Assembly (NCBI GenBank): GCA_951406725.2
Contig: OX597824.1
Location: 4,898,001-4,962,000 of the forward strand
Origin: Octopus vulgaris
Lineage: Eukaryota
Reading direction: 5' to 3'
Length of the DNA: 64,000 bases
Shown here: piece by piece, positions 37,515 through 50,500 of the stretch
Numbering within the stretch: position 1 is the first letter of the stretch
Layout of the letters: each line of letters opens with the position of its first letter
The notes under the pieces: model-generated
Told to the model about the DNA's origin: nothing
Databases searched by the model: none
What the model saw: the letters and a program-made list of their open reading frames with translations, nothing else
Program-made: the position numbers and the translations under genes

Positions 37515-38275
37515 GGACAGGAGGGGCTGTATGGAAAGAAGCTTGCTTCCCAACCACATGGTTCCGGGTTCAGTCTCACTGCATGGCACCTTGTGCAAGT
37601 ATCTTTTATTATAGCCTCAGGCTGGCCAAAGCTTTGTGAGTGGATTTGGTAGATGGAAACTGAAAGAAGCCTGTTGTATATATATGTATATATATATGAT
37701 TGAAGGCACGTGGCTTAGTGGTCAGGGCATTTGGCTGATGATCGTAAGGTCGTGAGTTCAATTCCTGGCAACACGTGTCCTTGAGCAAGACACTTTATTT
37801 CACGTCGCTCCAGTCCACTTAGCTGGCAAAAATTAGTTGTACCTGTATTTTAAAGGGCCAGCCTTGTCACACTCTGTGTCATGCTGAATCTCCCCGAGAA
37901 CAACATTAAGGGTACACATGTCTGTTGAGTGCTCAGCCACTTGCATGTTAATTTCACAAGCAAGCTGTTCCATTCATCATTTCAGCTGGGACCCTCATCG
38001 TCATAACCAACAGAGTGCTCCTCTTTATATATGTATATATATGTATGTGTATGTCTTTGTCTTCCTGCTCCCACCACCATTGCTTGACAACTGATGTTGG
38101 TGTGTTGAGTTCCCCGTAAATTAGTAGTTCAGCAAAAGAGATCAACAGAATATGTACCAGGCTTACAAAAAATAAGTCCACGGGTCGATTGCACTGACTA
38201 AAAAAAGCCTTTAAAACGGTGCTCCAGCATGGCCACTGTCAAATGACTGAAACATGTAAGAGAATAGAGTAAAAG
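37515..38275 (+). mobile_element. SINE family B containing a nested SINE (37703-38021: head Y + tail 1)
   Basis: B 5' half to ~37698 and 3' half from ~38025; nested element has TGGCTTAGTGG A box, GAGTTCAATTCC B box, GTGTCCTTGAGCAAGACAC block, then the same 3' region as 27939-28125. Confidence 0.85.
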
Positions 38276-38287
38276 ACTATACATACA

Positions 38288-38321
<34 letters not shown>

Positions 38322-38728
38322 CATATATACACACATACATGTATACATACACACACACACACACACACATTTATGACAAGTTTTCGTACAGTTTCCATCA
38401 CTTAACTTTCACTCACAAGCCTCAGATCTAGCCTGAGGCTGTACCTAGAGACACATTTCCTACCGGTTACCATGCAGCAGGATGGAACCCCAAACCGCAT
38501 GACAGCTAAACAAGCTTCACAACCGCTCAGTCATCCCAGACTGTTTTTTAATGGCTTATTATAGAAATAACAGCACAGATCCTGTTTATCCCAATTGCAA
38601 CTGTTGTTCTTGCCACTGCTGCTGTTGTTGTTTAACACCCTGACCCTGATCTGCTTTGATACAGCAGACCTAAGATCGAAACATTCCAGTCATGACCACC
38701 CTGTATTAATGTATATCAGTGACTAAAT

Positions 38729-38875
38729 CAGGCATGGGCAACATTTTTAAGATGTGGGCTGCATGAGACATACATCATCATCAGGGAAGCCACAAGGGCT
38801 AACAGGAATTGAAGGTAATCCTTCGTTAGGTTTACCATCCAGAAAGACCCCTGGGCTGCAGGTTGCTCATGACTT
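38729..38875. mobile_element. Short decayed hAT-type MITE
   Basis: CAGGCATGGGCAAC / GTTGCTCATGACTT imperfect TIR; no clear TSD. Confidence 0.4.
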
Positions 38876-38975
38876 AGCAACAGTATCAAGTATATCTTTC
38901 CTTCTTTAAGACTGTAGGGTGTCATTTGTGGGGCCATTTGACTGCTATTTGCTGCTGGTTAGGTAACCCCACAAA

Positions 38976-39208
38976 AGGGCGGTGAGCTGGCAGAAATGTT
39001 AGCACACCAGGTGAAATGCTTAGCGGTATTTCATCTGCCGCTACGTTCTGAGTTCAAATTCCGCCAAGGTCGACTTTGCCTTTCATCCTTTCGGGATCGA
39101 TAAAATAAGTACCAGTTATGCACTGGAGTCAATATAATCAACTTAATCCATTTGTCTGTCCTTGTTTGTTCCCTCTGTGTTTAGCCCCTTGTGGGTAGTA
39201 AAGAAATA
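38976..39208 (+). mobile_element. SINE family C (tail C1)
   Basis: Full length; TSD TAGGTAA(C/T)CCCACAAA (38960-38975, 39207-39222). Confidence 0.9.
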
Positions 39209-39884
39209 GGTAATCCCACAAAGGCAAATGCATTGATTTAAATTGTGGATTGATTGTAATAATGTACCTATATTTTGAAGGAACTAAATTTGAACTGATA
39301 AACCAAAATACTTTTACAAATTCATAAAATGAAATTATGTTGCAATGAATATTAAATGAATAAATAGATAAACGATATATTTAATCAGGCAGTTCGTTAA
39401 GAAAGAAGGAAAACTTCAGAGAACATCTCACAACACTCATTACATTTGTTAAGTTAAATGTGTGTGTATATACATGTATGTATGTACGTATGTGTGTGTC
39501 AGTGTGTGCGTGTGTGTGTCAGTATGTCTGTGTGTGTGTATGAATGGGTGGATTGATGGATGGATCAATGGATGGATGCTTAAGCTGATGCATTGAAATA
39601 CACTATTTTACAGTGAATTATTTCTTAGTCATAATTTAGTGATGAATTAACATAATTTAATATCTTATGCGTACAAGGATCTGCAATCATATTACAGGAT
39701 TTTTATAAATAAATAAATCAAATAATTTCATTTTTACAAGACCGCATTCGTTAAGACAGAAAGAAATACACAACTTGACTATCAGAAGCACAACGGTTCT
39801 CAGTGTTTGTTTCAGGTTATTGTGTACAAATGAAAACTTTAATATATATACATACACATACAAACACATACATACATACATACA

Positions 39885-39920
<36 letters not shown>

Positions 39921-40251
39921 TATAGACACTTACACACACATACAAAAACACACACACAAAAACACACACACACATATATATAGACACTTACACATGTATA
40001 TATATATAACCCCCCCTACACGCACAAACACACACACACACATATATATATATAGACACTTACACATATATATATATATATAACCCACACACACACACAC
40101 ACATTATTGGTGTTGTCGTTATTTTGCAGTACATTAAAATAAATGTGATTCATTACAGTTGGCCATATGTTTCATTCTGTTTAAAATTTACAAATGAAAG
40201 GCTCATATGGAGTAGAGTATATAGCCACTTAATAATAATACTAATAATAAT

Positions 40252-41345
40252 ATGGCAACAATGATCCATTTGGAGCTCTTTGGCAATCACAGCCTACAAA
40301 GATCAAAGACGCAGTATGAACAAACCCCAGAAGCAGACACCAAGAATGAAAATTGCAAAATCCTATGCGATTACCTGACCAGACATCAGAAACTGGACAT
40401 TGTTGTGGTGAAAAAAAAAGGAAGACCATGCATGATAATCAACAAGTGTACCACCATGCATTTTGGGAGAAAAAACCCTGCGTCCACATACTCCCTCCAC
40501 AACACTGATATCAAGAAATCCTTATGCGAGCGTGACCTAGGCATCACTGTCAGCAGTGATTTGCGTTGGACAAAGCATATCTCTAAAATTGTCAAGAAGG
40601 CCGAGGGTGTCTTGGCATCACTCAGCAAGACTTTTGTTAGCTGCTCTCCAGCCATCTATTTAAAACTGAATACAGCTATGGTACGACCACACTTGGAATT
40701 CGCATCATCAGTTTGGAACCCCTATCTTGCTCAGAACATTGACCTCCTGGAATCTGTTCAGAGACGTGCAACCAAACGCATACCCTCCATCAGACACCTA
40801 CCATATTCTGAGCACCTTGTTTCCCTGGGCATGGATTCACTGAAGCTCTGGCGTCTGGCGACGGACTTGGTAAACGCCCACAAAGTTGTCAACCACCTCA
40901 CCAATAACAACACTGAACACCTTTTTGATCTCCATGTGTCTAACACACGTGGACATGCCTACAAAGTCAGAAAACAACACAGCTCCCATGACTTTCGGAA
41001 ACATTTCTTCACGCTCAGAGTTGCTGAAGCATGGAATAAACTGCCTGCGTCAGTTGTTGACTGCCATGACACTGCATCCTTTAAGGCCCTCATGCTTTCC
41101 GAAATCCGTCGAAACTACACCTGATTATATATGCACTTTAGATGAGTTGTAGTGCACCTGAGCACTGTACACAATGTTTATTATTATTATTATTATAGCA
41201 TGTTGTATTGACAACAGGGTCAAAGAGAAAGAAGGAAAGCTGAACAGCTATGATGATTTGAAGAGAGAAATATGAAGGTTGTGGACAATTAGGAGAGTAA
41301 ATGGGGTACCAATAGTAGTTGGCACACTTGGAAGTATCAGCACTC
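40252..41345 (+). mobile_element. Decayed Dong/R4 RLE fragment (40252-40440 and 41197-41345) interrupted by CR1
   Basis: YEQTPE..NENCKIL..DIVVVKKKGRPCMII then ACCIDNRVKEKEGKLNSYDDLKREI*RLW..VPIVVGTLGS; preceded by (TAA)n. Confidence 0.75.
40441..41196 (+). mobile_element. CR1-clade LINE 3' fragment
   Basis: KCTTMHFGRKN, ERDLGITVSSDLRW, VRPHLEFASSVWNPY, LESVQRRATK, TRGH, RKHFFTLRVAEAWNKLP; stop at 41124; (ATT)n tail. Confidence 0.92.
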
Positions 41346-42502
41346 AACTACTCTTTGAGGGCACAAAACAACCAGACACAATGTGATCTAGGAATGTCAG
41401 TACCAGCACCACTATACTTGGACAACGACAAGCAAAATAGCCAAGATTCATGTGCATTTACACACACACACACACACACACATACACACATACACACATA
41501 CACGCAAACACACATACATACACACACTGGGCTTAGTACAGTTTCCATCTAATAAATTGACTCACAAAGCATTGGTCAGCTCAGGGTAGAGTAAAAACAC
41601 TTGCCTAAGGTGTCATGCAGTGGGAGTGAACATTAAGAAATATGGAAGTGGTCAAAGCAAACTTCTTAACCACAGAGCCATGCCAGTGCTTTGAGCATGT
41701 GTGCATGCGTGCGTGCATATGTGTGTGCATGTTTGTGTGTGTGTGGGTGGGCTGCTTTCAAAATATCTACATTTTTGTTGTGTTGTATGTAGGCCAACAT
41801 ATTTGAAGTCGATAAAATATCTTTGCATATAAACTTATGAATATGCATTTATGAAGAAATGTTTGAATAAATGAATATTTAGCCAGTCATGTTGATGAGA
41901 GCAGAAAAAGGCCTCAGTGATACTTGTCAAAGCTTGTCTCACTTAAATAACTCACAACAGTCTTCTATTTGAACAGACAGAGCATTATTAAAATATGTAC
42001 ACTCCAACCACATTGTTTGCAAATCCCTTCTGTGAAATAAGTCAATATCCTTTACATGTCTCTATATATATATATTTTTTTTTTTGCTATCATGTTTAAA
42101 TGTTATCAACAAATAAACAAATGAATTTCTAGAATAAACAGAATCTTACAAGACAGAATATTGTGTATTGCAATGGTTTATAAGAATGTTTAAGGTCAAT
42201 GCACTTAGCTCGCATCTGATGCCGTGTTAGTTGTGGAGCACCGTTTTTTTGGGCCTGTAATAGTAACATCTTTTTATTGCTCGTTTATCCAAAATGAATT
42301 GGTCAGGGCTCATTGCACAACACCCTCTTATTGTTTTTGATTACTCCTTTCAGAAATGGGAGGATATGTCAAAGAAGATAGTGGCTACATAATTCATACA
42401 CAAATAAATCATCATCATCATTATTATTATTATTATTGATTATTTTGAATTTGTGGAAGACACACAAGATGTCAAAATATTGTTCATTCAATAACAGTCA
42501 TG

Positions 42503-42922
42503 CTCTTCTTTACTCTCTCTTTTTTACTCTTTTACTTGTTTCAGTCATTTGACTGTGGCCATGCTGGAGCACCGCCTTTAATCGATCAACTCGACCCCGG
42601 GACTTATTCTTTTGTAAGCCCAGTACTTATTCTATCGTTCTCTTTTGCCGACCCGATAAGTTATGGGGACATAAACACACCAGCATCGGTTGTCAAGCAA
42701 TGCTAGAGGGACAAACACAGACACACAAACACACACACGCATATATATATACATATATACGACGGGCTTCTTTCAGTTTCCGTCTACCAAATCCACTCAC
42801 AAGGCTTTGGTTGGCCCGAGGCTATAGTAGAAGACACTTGCCCAAGGTGCCACACAGTGGGACTGAACCCGGAACCATGTGGTTGGTAAAAAGCTACTTA
42901 CCACACAGCCACTCCTGCACCT
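42503..42922 (-). mobile_element. SINE family B, full length
   Basis: Reverse complement of the 23192 copy. Confidence 0.9.
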
Positions 42923-42991
42923 ATTCTTATTGCTTCTTATTGCTTATTATTATTGTTATTACTATTATTATTATTATTATTATCATTATTA

Positions 42992-43670
42992 TGGGAAGCT
43001 GGCAGAATCGTCAGCACGCCAGGCAAAATGCTTAGCACCATTTAGTCTGTCTTTACGTTCTGAGTTCAAATTCCATCAAGGTCGACTTTGCCTTTCATCC
43101 TCTCAGAGTCGATAAAATAAATACCAGTGAAACACTGGGGTCAGTCTGATTGATCTAGCCCCCTCCCCCAAAAATTTCAGGCCTTGTGCCTATAGCAGAA
43201 AGGATTATTATCATTATTATTATTATTATTATTCTTAAGGCAGTGGGCTAGCAGAATCATTAGTGTGCCAGATAAGATGCTTATGTTCTGATTTCAAATT
43301 CCACCAAGGTTGACTTCACCTTTCATCCTATCAGGGTCAATAAATTAAGTACCAGTAAAATACTGGGGATCGATGTAATCAACTAACCCCCTCCTCCAAA
43401 ATTTCAGGCCTTGTGCCTTTAGCAGAAAGGACTGTTATTATTATCATTATTATTCTAATTAAGGCTGTGAACTGGCAGGACCGTTTGCTTACACGACAAA
43501 ATACTGAGTGGTATTTTGTCCATCTTTAATGTTCTGAGTTCAAATTCCACTGAGGTCAATTTTGCCTTTCATTCTTTCAGGGGTCAAGAAAATAAGTACC
43601 AGTCAAGCACTGGGGTCGATGTAATTGATTTGGCCCCTATTGGCTTTGTACCTATGGTAGAAAGGATTAT
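42992..43670 (+). mobile_element. Three tandem family C SINEs (tail C2), each ending in (ATT)n
   Basis: Units at ~42992-43205, ~43236-43432, ~43460-43668; each has GTTCTGA(G/T)TTCAAATTCC and ends G(C/T)AGAAAGGA followed by an ATT-rich tract. Confidence 0.85.
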
Positions 43671-43684
43671 TATTGTTGTTGTTG

Positions 43685-43716
<32 letters not shown>

Positions 43717-43719
<3 letters not shown>

Positions 43720-45795
43720 TAGTTTTATTTTTATAGCGTGCTTTCACTTCACTACCGAGCACAGCTCTGTGTGCCTTGGGTATGTGCTGTGATTTGTTGT
43801 GATGCTCTGATGGTTATTGTATGGAAAGTGTTCTGCGTAGGATGTGTGCAGTGCCTAGTAGTGCAATTTTCTGTATGTTATATGTGTTTGTAAGTCCTGG
43901 TGTTTTTGTTATGTATTTGTCTGAATATTTTTTTATCATGCCTAATGCACCTACTATGATAGGAATTGTTTCTGTTTTCAGATTCCACATTCTAGTTACC
44001 TCTATTTCCAGGTCTTTGTATTTTGAGAGTTTCTCCATTTATTTTAGAGACACGTTGTCATCAGCCGGTATTGATACATCAATTAGAAAGCATTTTTTTC
44101 TTCATGATCTCTGACAACTATATCTGGTCTGTTGGCCTTAATTTCTCTATCTGTGTGTATCGGCATATCCCAGAGTATGGTTGCTTTCTCGTTTTCTGTG
44201 ACCTTTTCTGGTGTGTGCCTATACCATCTTTTTTCTGTTGTTATTCCATAATGTTGGCATAGCTTCCAATGTATGTAGGTTCCAACTCTGTCATGTCTGT
44301 GAATATATTCCTTCTTAGCCAAGACTGGGCAGCTAGAGATAATATGATTTATTGTTTCTTGTCCATCTCCACATATTCTGCAGTTACTTGTAATATTTCT
44401 TTTCATTACATGTTTTTGGTAATTTCTGGTGGGGAGGCTTTGGTCTTGTGCTGCAATTAAAAATCCCTCTGTTTCTGCTTTGAGTCCTGAGCTTCTCAAC
44501 CATTGCTGGGATTTTTCTTTGTCTATTTCTTTTGCGTTTAGTTTAGTCCAGTATTTACCATGAAGGGGCTTTTCTTGCCATCGTTTTATCATGGTTCGTT
44601 GCTGTTCTATTTTTAGTTTGGATTTCATTTGTTTTATAGCTTTTGTTGTTTCTTCATCTTCTTCTTCTTCTTCATGTTTATTAGGTGGTATGATTTCTTG
44701 TTTGTATTTGTCAGCTTCCTTAAATACTGAGAACAGTTTTTTGTTTTGCTCATGGTTTTGCCGCTATCTGGATCAGTTATCCTTCCTTCTGAAGTAGATA
44801 TTTTTGCAGTCCTATGGTGGTTATTTTATAGTAGTTTTCCAGCTGTATAAGGCCTCTACCACCTTCTATACGTTGTATATATAGTCTTTCTATGTCAGAT
44901 TTTGGGTGATGCATCCTAGATCCTGTCATTATTTTTCTTGTTTTCCTATCTATTTTGGTCAGTTCATTTCGTGTCCAGTTAAGGATATTGTAGCTGTAAC
45001 TTATAACTGGGACAGCTAAAGTGTTGATACCTATTATCTTGTTTTTAGCATTGAGCTCTGTGTTTAGTATTGATCTAACTCGTCTATAATATTCTTTTTT
45101 TATTTTCTCTTTCATTTGTGTGTGTTGTGTCTTATCTAGTTCATGGATTCCTAAGTATTTGTAAGTTTGGCTTTGGTCTAATTCTTTTATTTCATTGGTT
45201 TTATCTAGTGTGATGTTGTTACTCTTAACTAGTTTTCCTCTTTTCAGGGTTACTTTGGCACATTTTTCTAATCCAAATTTCATATCTATTTCTTTGGTAA
45301 ATCCATGAACTGTCTTTAATAGTGTTTCCAGCTGTTTGTCATTTGCAGCGTATAGTTTTAGGTCATCCATATATAAAAGGTGGCTGATCGTTTTGCCATA
45401 ACATTTATATCCGCATCCAGTTCTATTTAGAATATCAGATAGAGGTGACAGTGCCAAGCAGAAAAGGAGTGGAGAGAGCGTGTCTCCCTGGAATATTCCT
45501 CTTCTAATGGGGATGTCTTTAGTTTTCATGAGTCCCTCTTTTGTTTGGAGGTGTAGGACTGTTTGCCATTTATTCATAGAGTGCTCTATGAATTTTATGA
45601 TTGTTGGTGCTACTTTGTTAATGGCTAGTGTTTCGAGGATCCATGTGTGGGGGATGCTATCAAACGCCTTTTGTAGTCAATCCAGGCCATACTGAGGCCT
45701 TTCTTCTTTCTGTGGCTGTCTTCAGTTATGGCTTTATTAATCATTAGTTGATCTTTACAGCCATATGAGCCTTTGCAGCATCCTTTCTGCTCTTC
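43717..45795 (-). mobile_element. 5'-truncated Dong/R4-clade non-LTR retrotransposon (RT + CCHC + restriction-like endonuclease)
   Basis: EEQKGC, WIDYK, GIFQGDTLSPLLF, LYMDDLKL, YKYLG, CRICGDGQETINHIISSC (CCHC), RHDRV, NRPDIVV, EKLSKYKDL; few frameshifts; (TAA)n on both sides. Confidence 0.95.
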
Positions 45796-45868
<73 letters not shown>

Positions 45869-45869
45869 T

Positions 45870-46421
45870 TGTTTCTCAGAGCTCTCGATCTTATTTGCTC
45901 TGGTTGGTTCTGTGAGAGCAGACAGCAACCTGTTGTCAGAGGTCTCACAAGGGTCTCTTTCTGCAAATTATAAGCTTTGATACTTAATCATTAATTATTG
46001 TGGAAGACACTCAACACTCAAGCATCCATCTCAAAATCCTAGCTGTCCCCAATAGAGCAGTTTTGGGGGGCCTGCTCTGCCCTCATATGAATTCCAATTT
46101 CTCCGATATATTTCTCAAACCTGGTTGTTAGTGCTCCGAGTGCCCCCTACAACCACTGGAATAACAGTTACTCTCCTCATTCTTGCAATTTCCTCTTTTA
46201 GCAGCCTGAATTTCTCCATTTTTTTCCAGCTCTTTGTCATCTACACATGCAGCCTCAGGTATGGCAATATCTATGATCTTAGCTTCCTTTCCAGTTGATT
46301 AACTTTGATGGTTCTGTCTGTATATACTGGAAAGTCCCAAAGAATCGTTACATTTTTTCTCTCAGTTACAACCTTGGGGTGGAGTTCATACCACTTGTCA
46401 ACAGTTTTGATTTCATAATGC
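45870..46421 (-). mobile_element. Second, older Dong/R4 3' fragment
   Basis: KWYELHPKVVTERKNVTILWDFPVYTDRTIK, then VIPVVVGALG-like segment; (TAA)n both sides. Confidence 0.8.
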
Positions 46422-46471
<50 letters not shown>

Positions 46472-46499
46472 CATTATTATTATCATTATTATTGTTATT

Positions 46500-47070
46500 C
46501 CTTCGTAACAGTGTAGGTAAAAATGCATCGGGGTCTTTAGTCCTCTGTCAAGTCACAAGGACCTCAGACAGGAAATACTTTCCTTAAGATGTGAGCTGTG
46601 CCCAGTGAGGCTGCATGTTGCAAGACATCAATCTTGCATGGGATTTCCAGTTGCCTTAAGAAGTCTTGAAGTTTCAATGGGATTGAGCCCAACTCTCCGA
46701 TCATCACTGATATCACTTTTATATTACCCTCTCGCATTCCATACAGTCTTGCCATTTCCACTTTCAATTCAGAGTACTTGGTGATTCTTTTCAACCTCTT
46801 TACTCACAACAGTCATGTCATTTGCTATGGCAACGTCAATGATCTGACAGTATTTGTCTCTCTTATTCAATATGACAATATCTAGCCAACGGTGTTCGAT
46901 TACACAATCCATCTGAGAATCATAGTCCTAGAGTATTGTTACTTTTCCATCCTTCTGCATATAACTTTAGTTGGTACATGGTCATACCAGTTCTCTGTTA
47001 CTTCACATTGGTATTTACTGCATAAGAGCCAATGGCGTTTATATTCTTTTTGTGCAAGGCTCTCACATCC
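46500..47070 (-). mobile_element. Third Dong/R4 3' fragment
   Basis: GCESLAQKEYKRHWLLC..WYDHVP, KYSELKVEMARLY..IGELGSIP..SLGTAHILRKV; (TAA)n both sides. Confidence 0.82.
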
Positions 47071-47237
47071 ATTATTAATATTATTATTATTATTATTATT
47101 ATTATTAAGGCAGCAAGCTGCCAGAATCATTGGCAGACAAGACAAAATGCTTGGCAGCATTCCATTTGTCTTTACATTCTGAGTTCCATTTTTCTGGCCC
47201 TTTACATTTTGTACCTGTCAAGTACAAGTATTGGAAT

Positions 47238-47292
47238 CAAGGTTGGATTAACACCCATAGAGGCCCTAATCACTTCAAAGATTTTGGTGCCC

Positions 47293-47347
<55 letters not shown>

Positions 47348-48113
47348 CATACATACATTTAGTAATTCAAAATATGAACAATAATAAATCGTAAAATAAA
47401 TTTTAATTTTTCAAAATGAAACAAAACTAACAGTAATAATTCCATCCTCATCATCATCATTTAACGTCTTCTCTCCATGCTGGTATGGGTTTGACAATTT
47501 TACATGGAATTGGCCAACCAGAGAGCTGTCCAGACTCCAACTATCTGTTGTGGCATGGTTTCTACAGTTGGATGCCCTTCCTAATGCCAACCACTTAGCA
47601 GAATGTGTTGGGTGTTTTTTACACGTCACAGGTACAGGTGCATTTATGCAGCATTGGCACAAGTGTGTTAATGCAGCACTGGCACAGGTGCCTTTTAAGT
47701 GGCACCAGCACCTGAAAGGACAATCCTGTTTGTGTGCAAGACAGCGATTTTAGTTAGCTTGACGTGTCTAATCAAGTACAGCAAATCACCACCTCTCCCA
47801 GCCCCTCGTCATTTCCTCAGTGAGGCCCAGCATCCGAAGATCCTTTCTCACCAAAGATCTCTTTCCACTTCATTCATATTTGAAGAATTTTCTCCTACTT
47901 TTTCTAATTGCAAAGTCTTTGATCAGGTCCTCACTACGACACTATGAACACTTCAAAATCATATTTCGGTTCATATAAACCACTCTGAATATTAAATTAA
48001 CAAGTTTAAAGTGATTTCTTTTGTGCTGTAAACCATTTACCATTTCTATGGTGCCCCCCACCCTTGATACCTTAAGCATGTGCTTATTATGCTAAATGGT
48101 TAATCTAGTGCTG
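47238..48113. mobile_element. hAT-type MITE nested in a family C SINE and containing an old RTE-PHD 3' end (47446-47870, minus)
   Basis: Ends CAAGGTTGGATTAAC / GTTAATCTAGTGCTG; flanks ATTGGAAT / ACTGGAGT (8 bp, 2 mismatches); subterminal GGTGCCCCC at both ends. Confidence 0.55.
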
Positions 48114-48670
48114 ACTGGAGTCAATGATATTAAGTAACCTCTGGCCACGAAACTGCTGGCCTTCACCTAAGATAGGGACCAGTTTAAGGTGGTGCGCTGG
48201 TAGAATTGTTAGAGTGTCAGACACTGTGCTTAGTGACATTTATTCTGTCTCTTTATAATCTGAGTTCAAATCCTACCAGTGTCAACTTTACTTCTTATCT
48301 TTTTGGATCGGAAAAAGATAAAGTATGGTCGTTAAGAAAAGGCAAAATCTTAATATATTAACGTTAATCGATATTTATAAATTCAGTTGAGTTGTATCGA
48401 GTTGACATGAGAAACGACAAAGTCACTAGGCCCACTAGAAATAACCACCAAGCTCCCTCATATTACATACTATCGTCTTTATAAAAAAAAGATACATTCA
48501 ACAATGCGACTGTAGGTGGAAGTATTGGTCACGACTGGAATAACCTCCATCACAGAACTGCGCGATTAGAGCTGACTTTTGGTAAAACAGTGACAACCAA
48601 CACCTCTACCATCACCAAATTGTTCCTCAGCTGAACCAATCACATTATTTGCTTGAGATTTAATAAAGAA

Positions 48671-49050
48671 CTAGCAGTATCGCCCAGCGTTGCTCAGGTT
48701 TGTTTTGACCCTTTAGAATTGGAATTTTTGAAAAGTAAAAATTTTGCATTATGAAGCTTGTTATTCTCTTTAAGTGAACATTTTTCTGGTTGAAAAACGG
48801 CGACACAGCAGTAAAAAAATCGTAAAAAATAGGGATTTTCATAGAAAAAAAGCACCTTTTTTATGTAAATAATTTTTGGTGTTAACATGGTCCAATTTGA
48901 ATTTTTTCTTCTATGGAAGGAAGAGCAAGCCTTCTTCCATCATACTCTCAATTTTGGTCAACTTGCACCGCAGGGTCTCGGCGGAGATAGTGTTAGTTGA
49001 AGGCTACCAAACCTGCCATACACAGACAACCTCAGCTTTATATAGAGAGA
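48671..49050 (-). mobile_element. Non-autonomous Helitron
   Basis: Sense 5' TC.., 3' hairpin region then CTAG, inserted between A and T with no TSD; homologous to 61820-62414. Confidence 0.85.
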
Positions 49051-50099
49051 TTTACATAAGCGTTATTAATTTCAAGGGAAGTAACTGCGTAAAATGTTTA
49101 TGAAGAGTTATTTTTCTTGATTTATTGACGCGGTTTTGTAATTTTATATCAACATAAAAGCTTCTGTTTATTTAACCGATTCAGTAGATTCTCTTTCGAA
49201 AAATCCTAATTAAAAAAGAGATTATTTAATTTTATGGCGAACAGAGACTGCTATTAAGAGCTAAGGCTGCTTCGACCAACTAATTATAAATGGTTGAATG
49301 TCACACAATCCCATACTTCCAAGTATGGAATATGCATGATATTTTTTTTTTTACTTTTCTAAGAAATCGGTATTTATAGTTTTGGTTCCAAAAGGAAGTC
49401 CTTGTAGAATGAGTTGGTCCCATACCTGATTCTAAGTCAAGGTTATAACCTATTCAAATAAGCCACTGGTGCTTTCAGAAAGGCAAAAATATCGCACCAC
49501 ATTCCATTACTAAATTTGGCATAATTCTGAAACATTGTTTCCATTCGAAATATGTGTCTACTTCATTTTAATGTGTCAAAATCTAATGAATAATCGTAGG
49601 GTCACCTTAAGTGGACTCTGCAACTCAATTCTGAGAAATAATAATGACATAATTATTTCCCTTATGCTTTTGAAATTCTTTTCCCATGTTGCTTTAATTT
49701 GAAATGAATTATCTGAAATCTGTCAAGATTTCCTTAGAATACATAAAATAGTCTTACAAATTGGTCTAAAAAATTCCAACCTTATATTTTACATCACCTA
49801 ATACGAATCTTGTACTGAAAGTTATCCAAAAGTGAGCATAGCCTTTTACTAACTGACATGGGTCATTCAAATTGCAGATGTTAGTAGGGTAGATTTTCCT
49901 CCAAACGAAGGTACTGCTCAACATAGTCTCCATCACAAGCTATGTTTTTATGCCATTGTTGAATCTAAATCTCAGATCTTTTTTAAAAAGAATTCAGGTG
50001 TGCTCTGTTCTACTCACTTCTCTCCTTCCACTGCTGAGGTACCCACTGTGTACACACTTTCAGGTATCCAAAGACTTCCATCGTTTTCTGTAATACATT

Positions 50100-50500
50100 T
50101 GTTGTTGTTGGCATCCTTTTATCTCGAGAGACAATGGAGTTGCGCATAAACTAATCCAGTCTGGTTTTTACATTTCATGTCCTCTCCAGTAACTCTCTAG
50201 TTTTGCGCATGCCTGGACTAGATGTAAGAAAATCCTGGGTAGCCCAATCATCAGGATTCCTCTCTCAACCTTGCTGACATAGTCCAAAGGAATGCAGAGC
50301 ATTACGTTTGGCACCAGCTTGGTTACAGGAGCTGCCGGAAGAGTGTGGAGTTGAACACTAAACTGCCTACAGGGCTCCACTCCAGATTTCTTTGAAGGTT
50401 GTCACCTTTCTGTAACCCTGGATAGGGGCCCATAATGGGTACTGTCAGCCAGAGCCAGCTGAGCCTGGGACTCGTGTCAGGCAGGGTCGTCACTCCCTGA
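50100..50500 (-). mobile_element. Short non-coding RTE-derived element with (CAA)n tail (possible bipartite 5' UTR + 3' end derivative)
   Basis: GTTGTTGTTGGCATCC tail; ACCTTGCTGACATAGTCCAAAGGAATGCAGAGCATTACGTTTGGCACCAGC resembles RTE 5' UTR sequence as I recall it; not verified. Confidence 0.45.

Noticed and set aside
43821-44797. Plus-strand ORFs over the Dong element (and antisense ORFs over the RTE, CR1 and mariner copies)
   Set aside because: Shadow frames of transposon coding sequence
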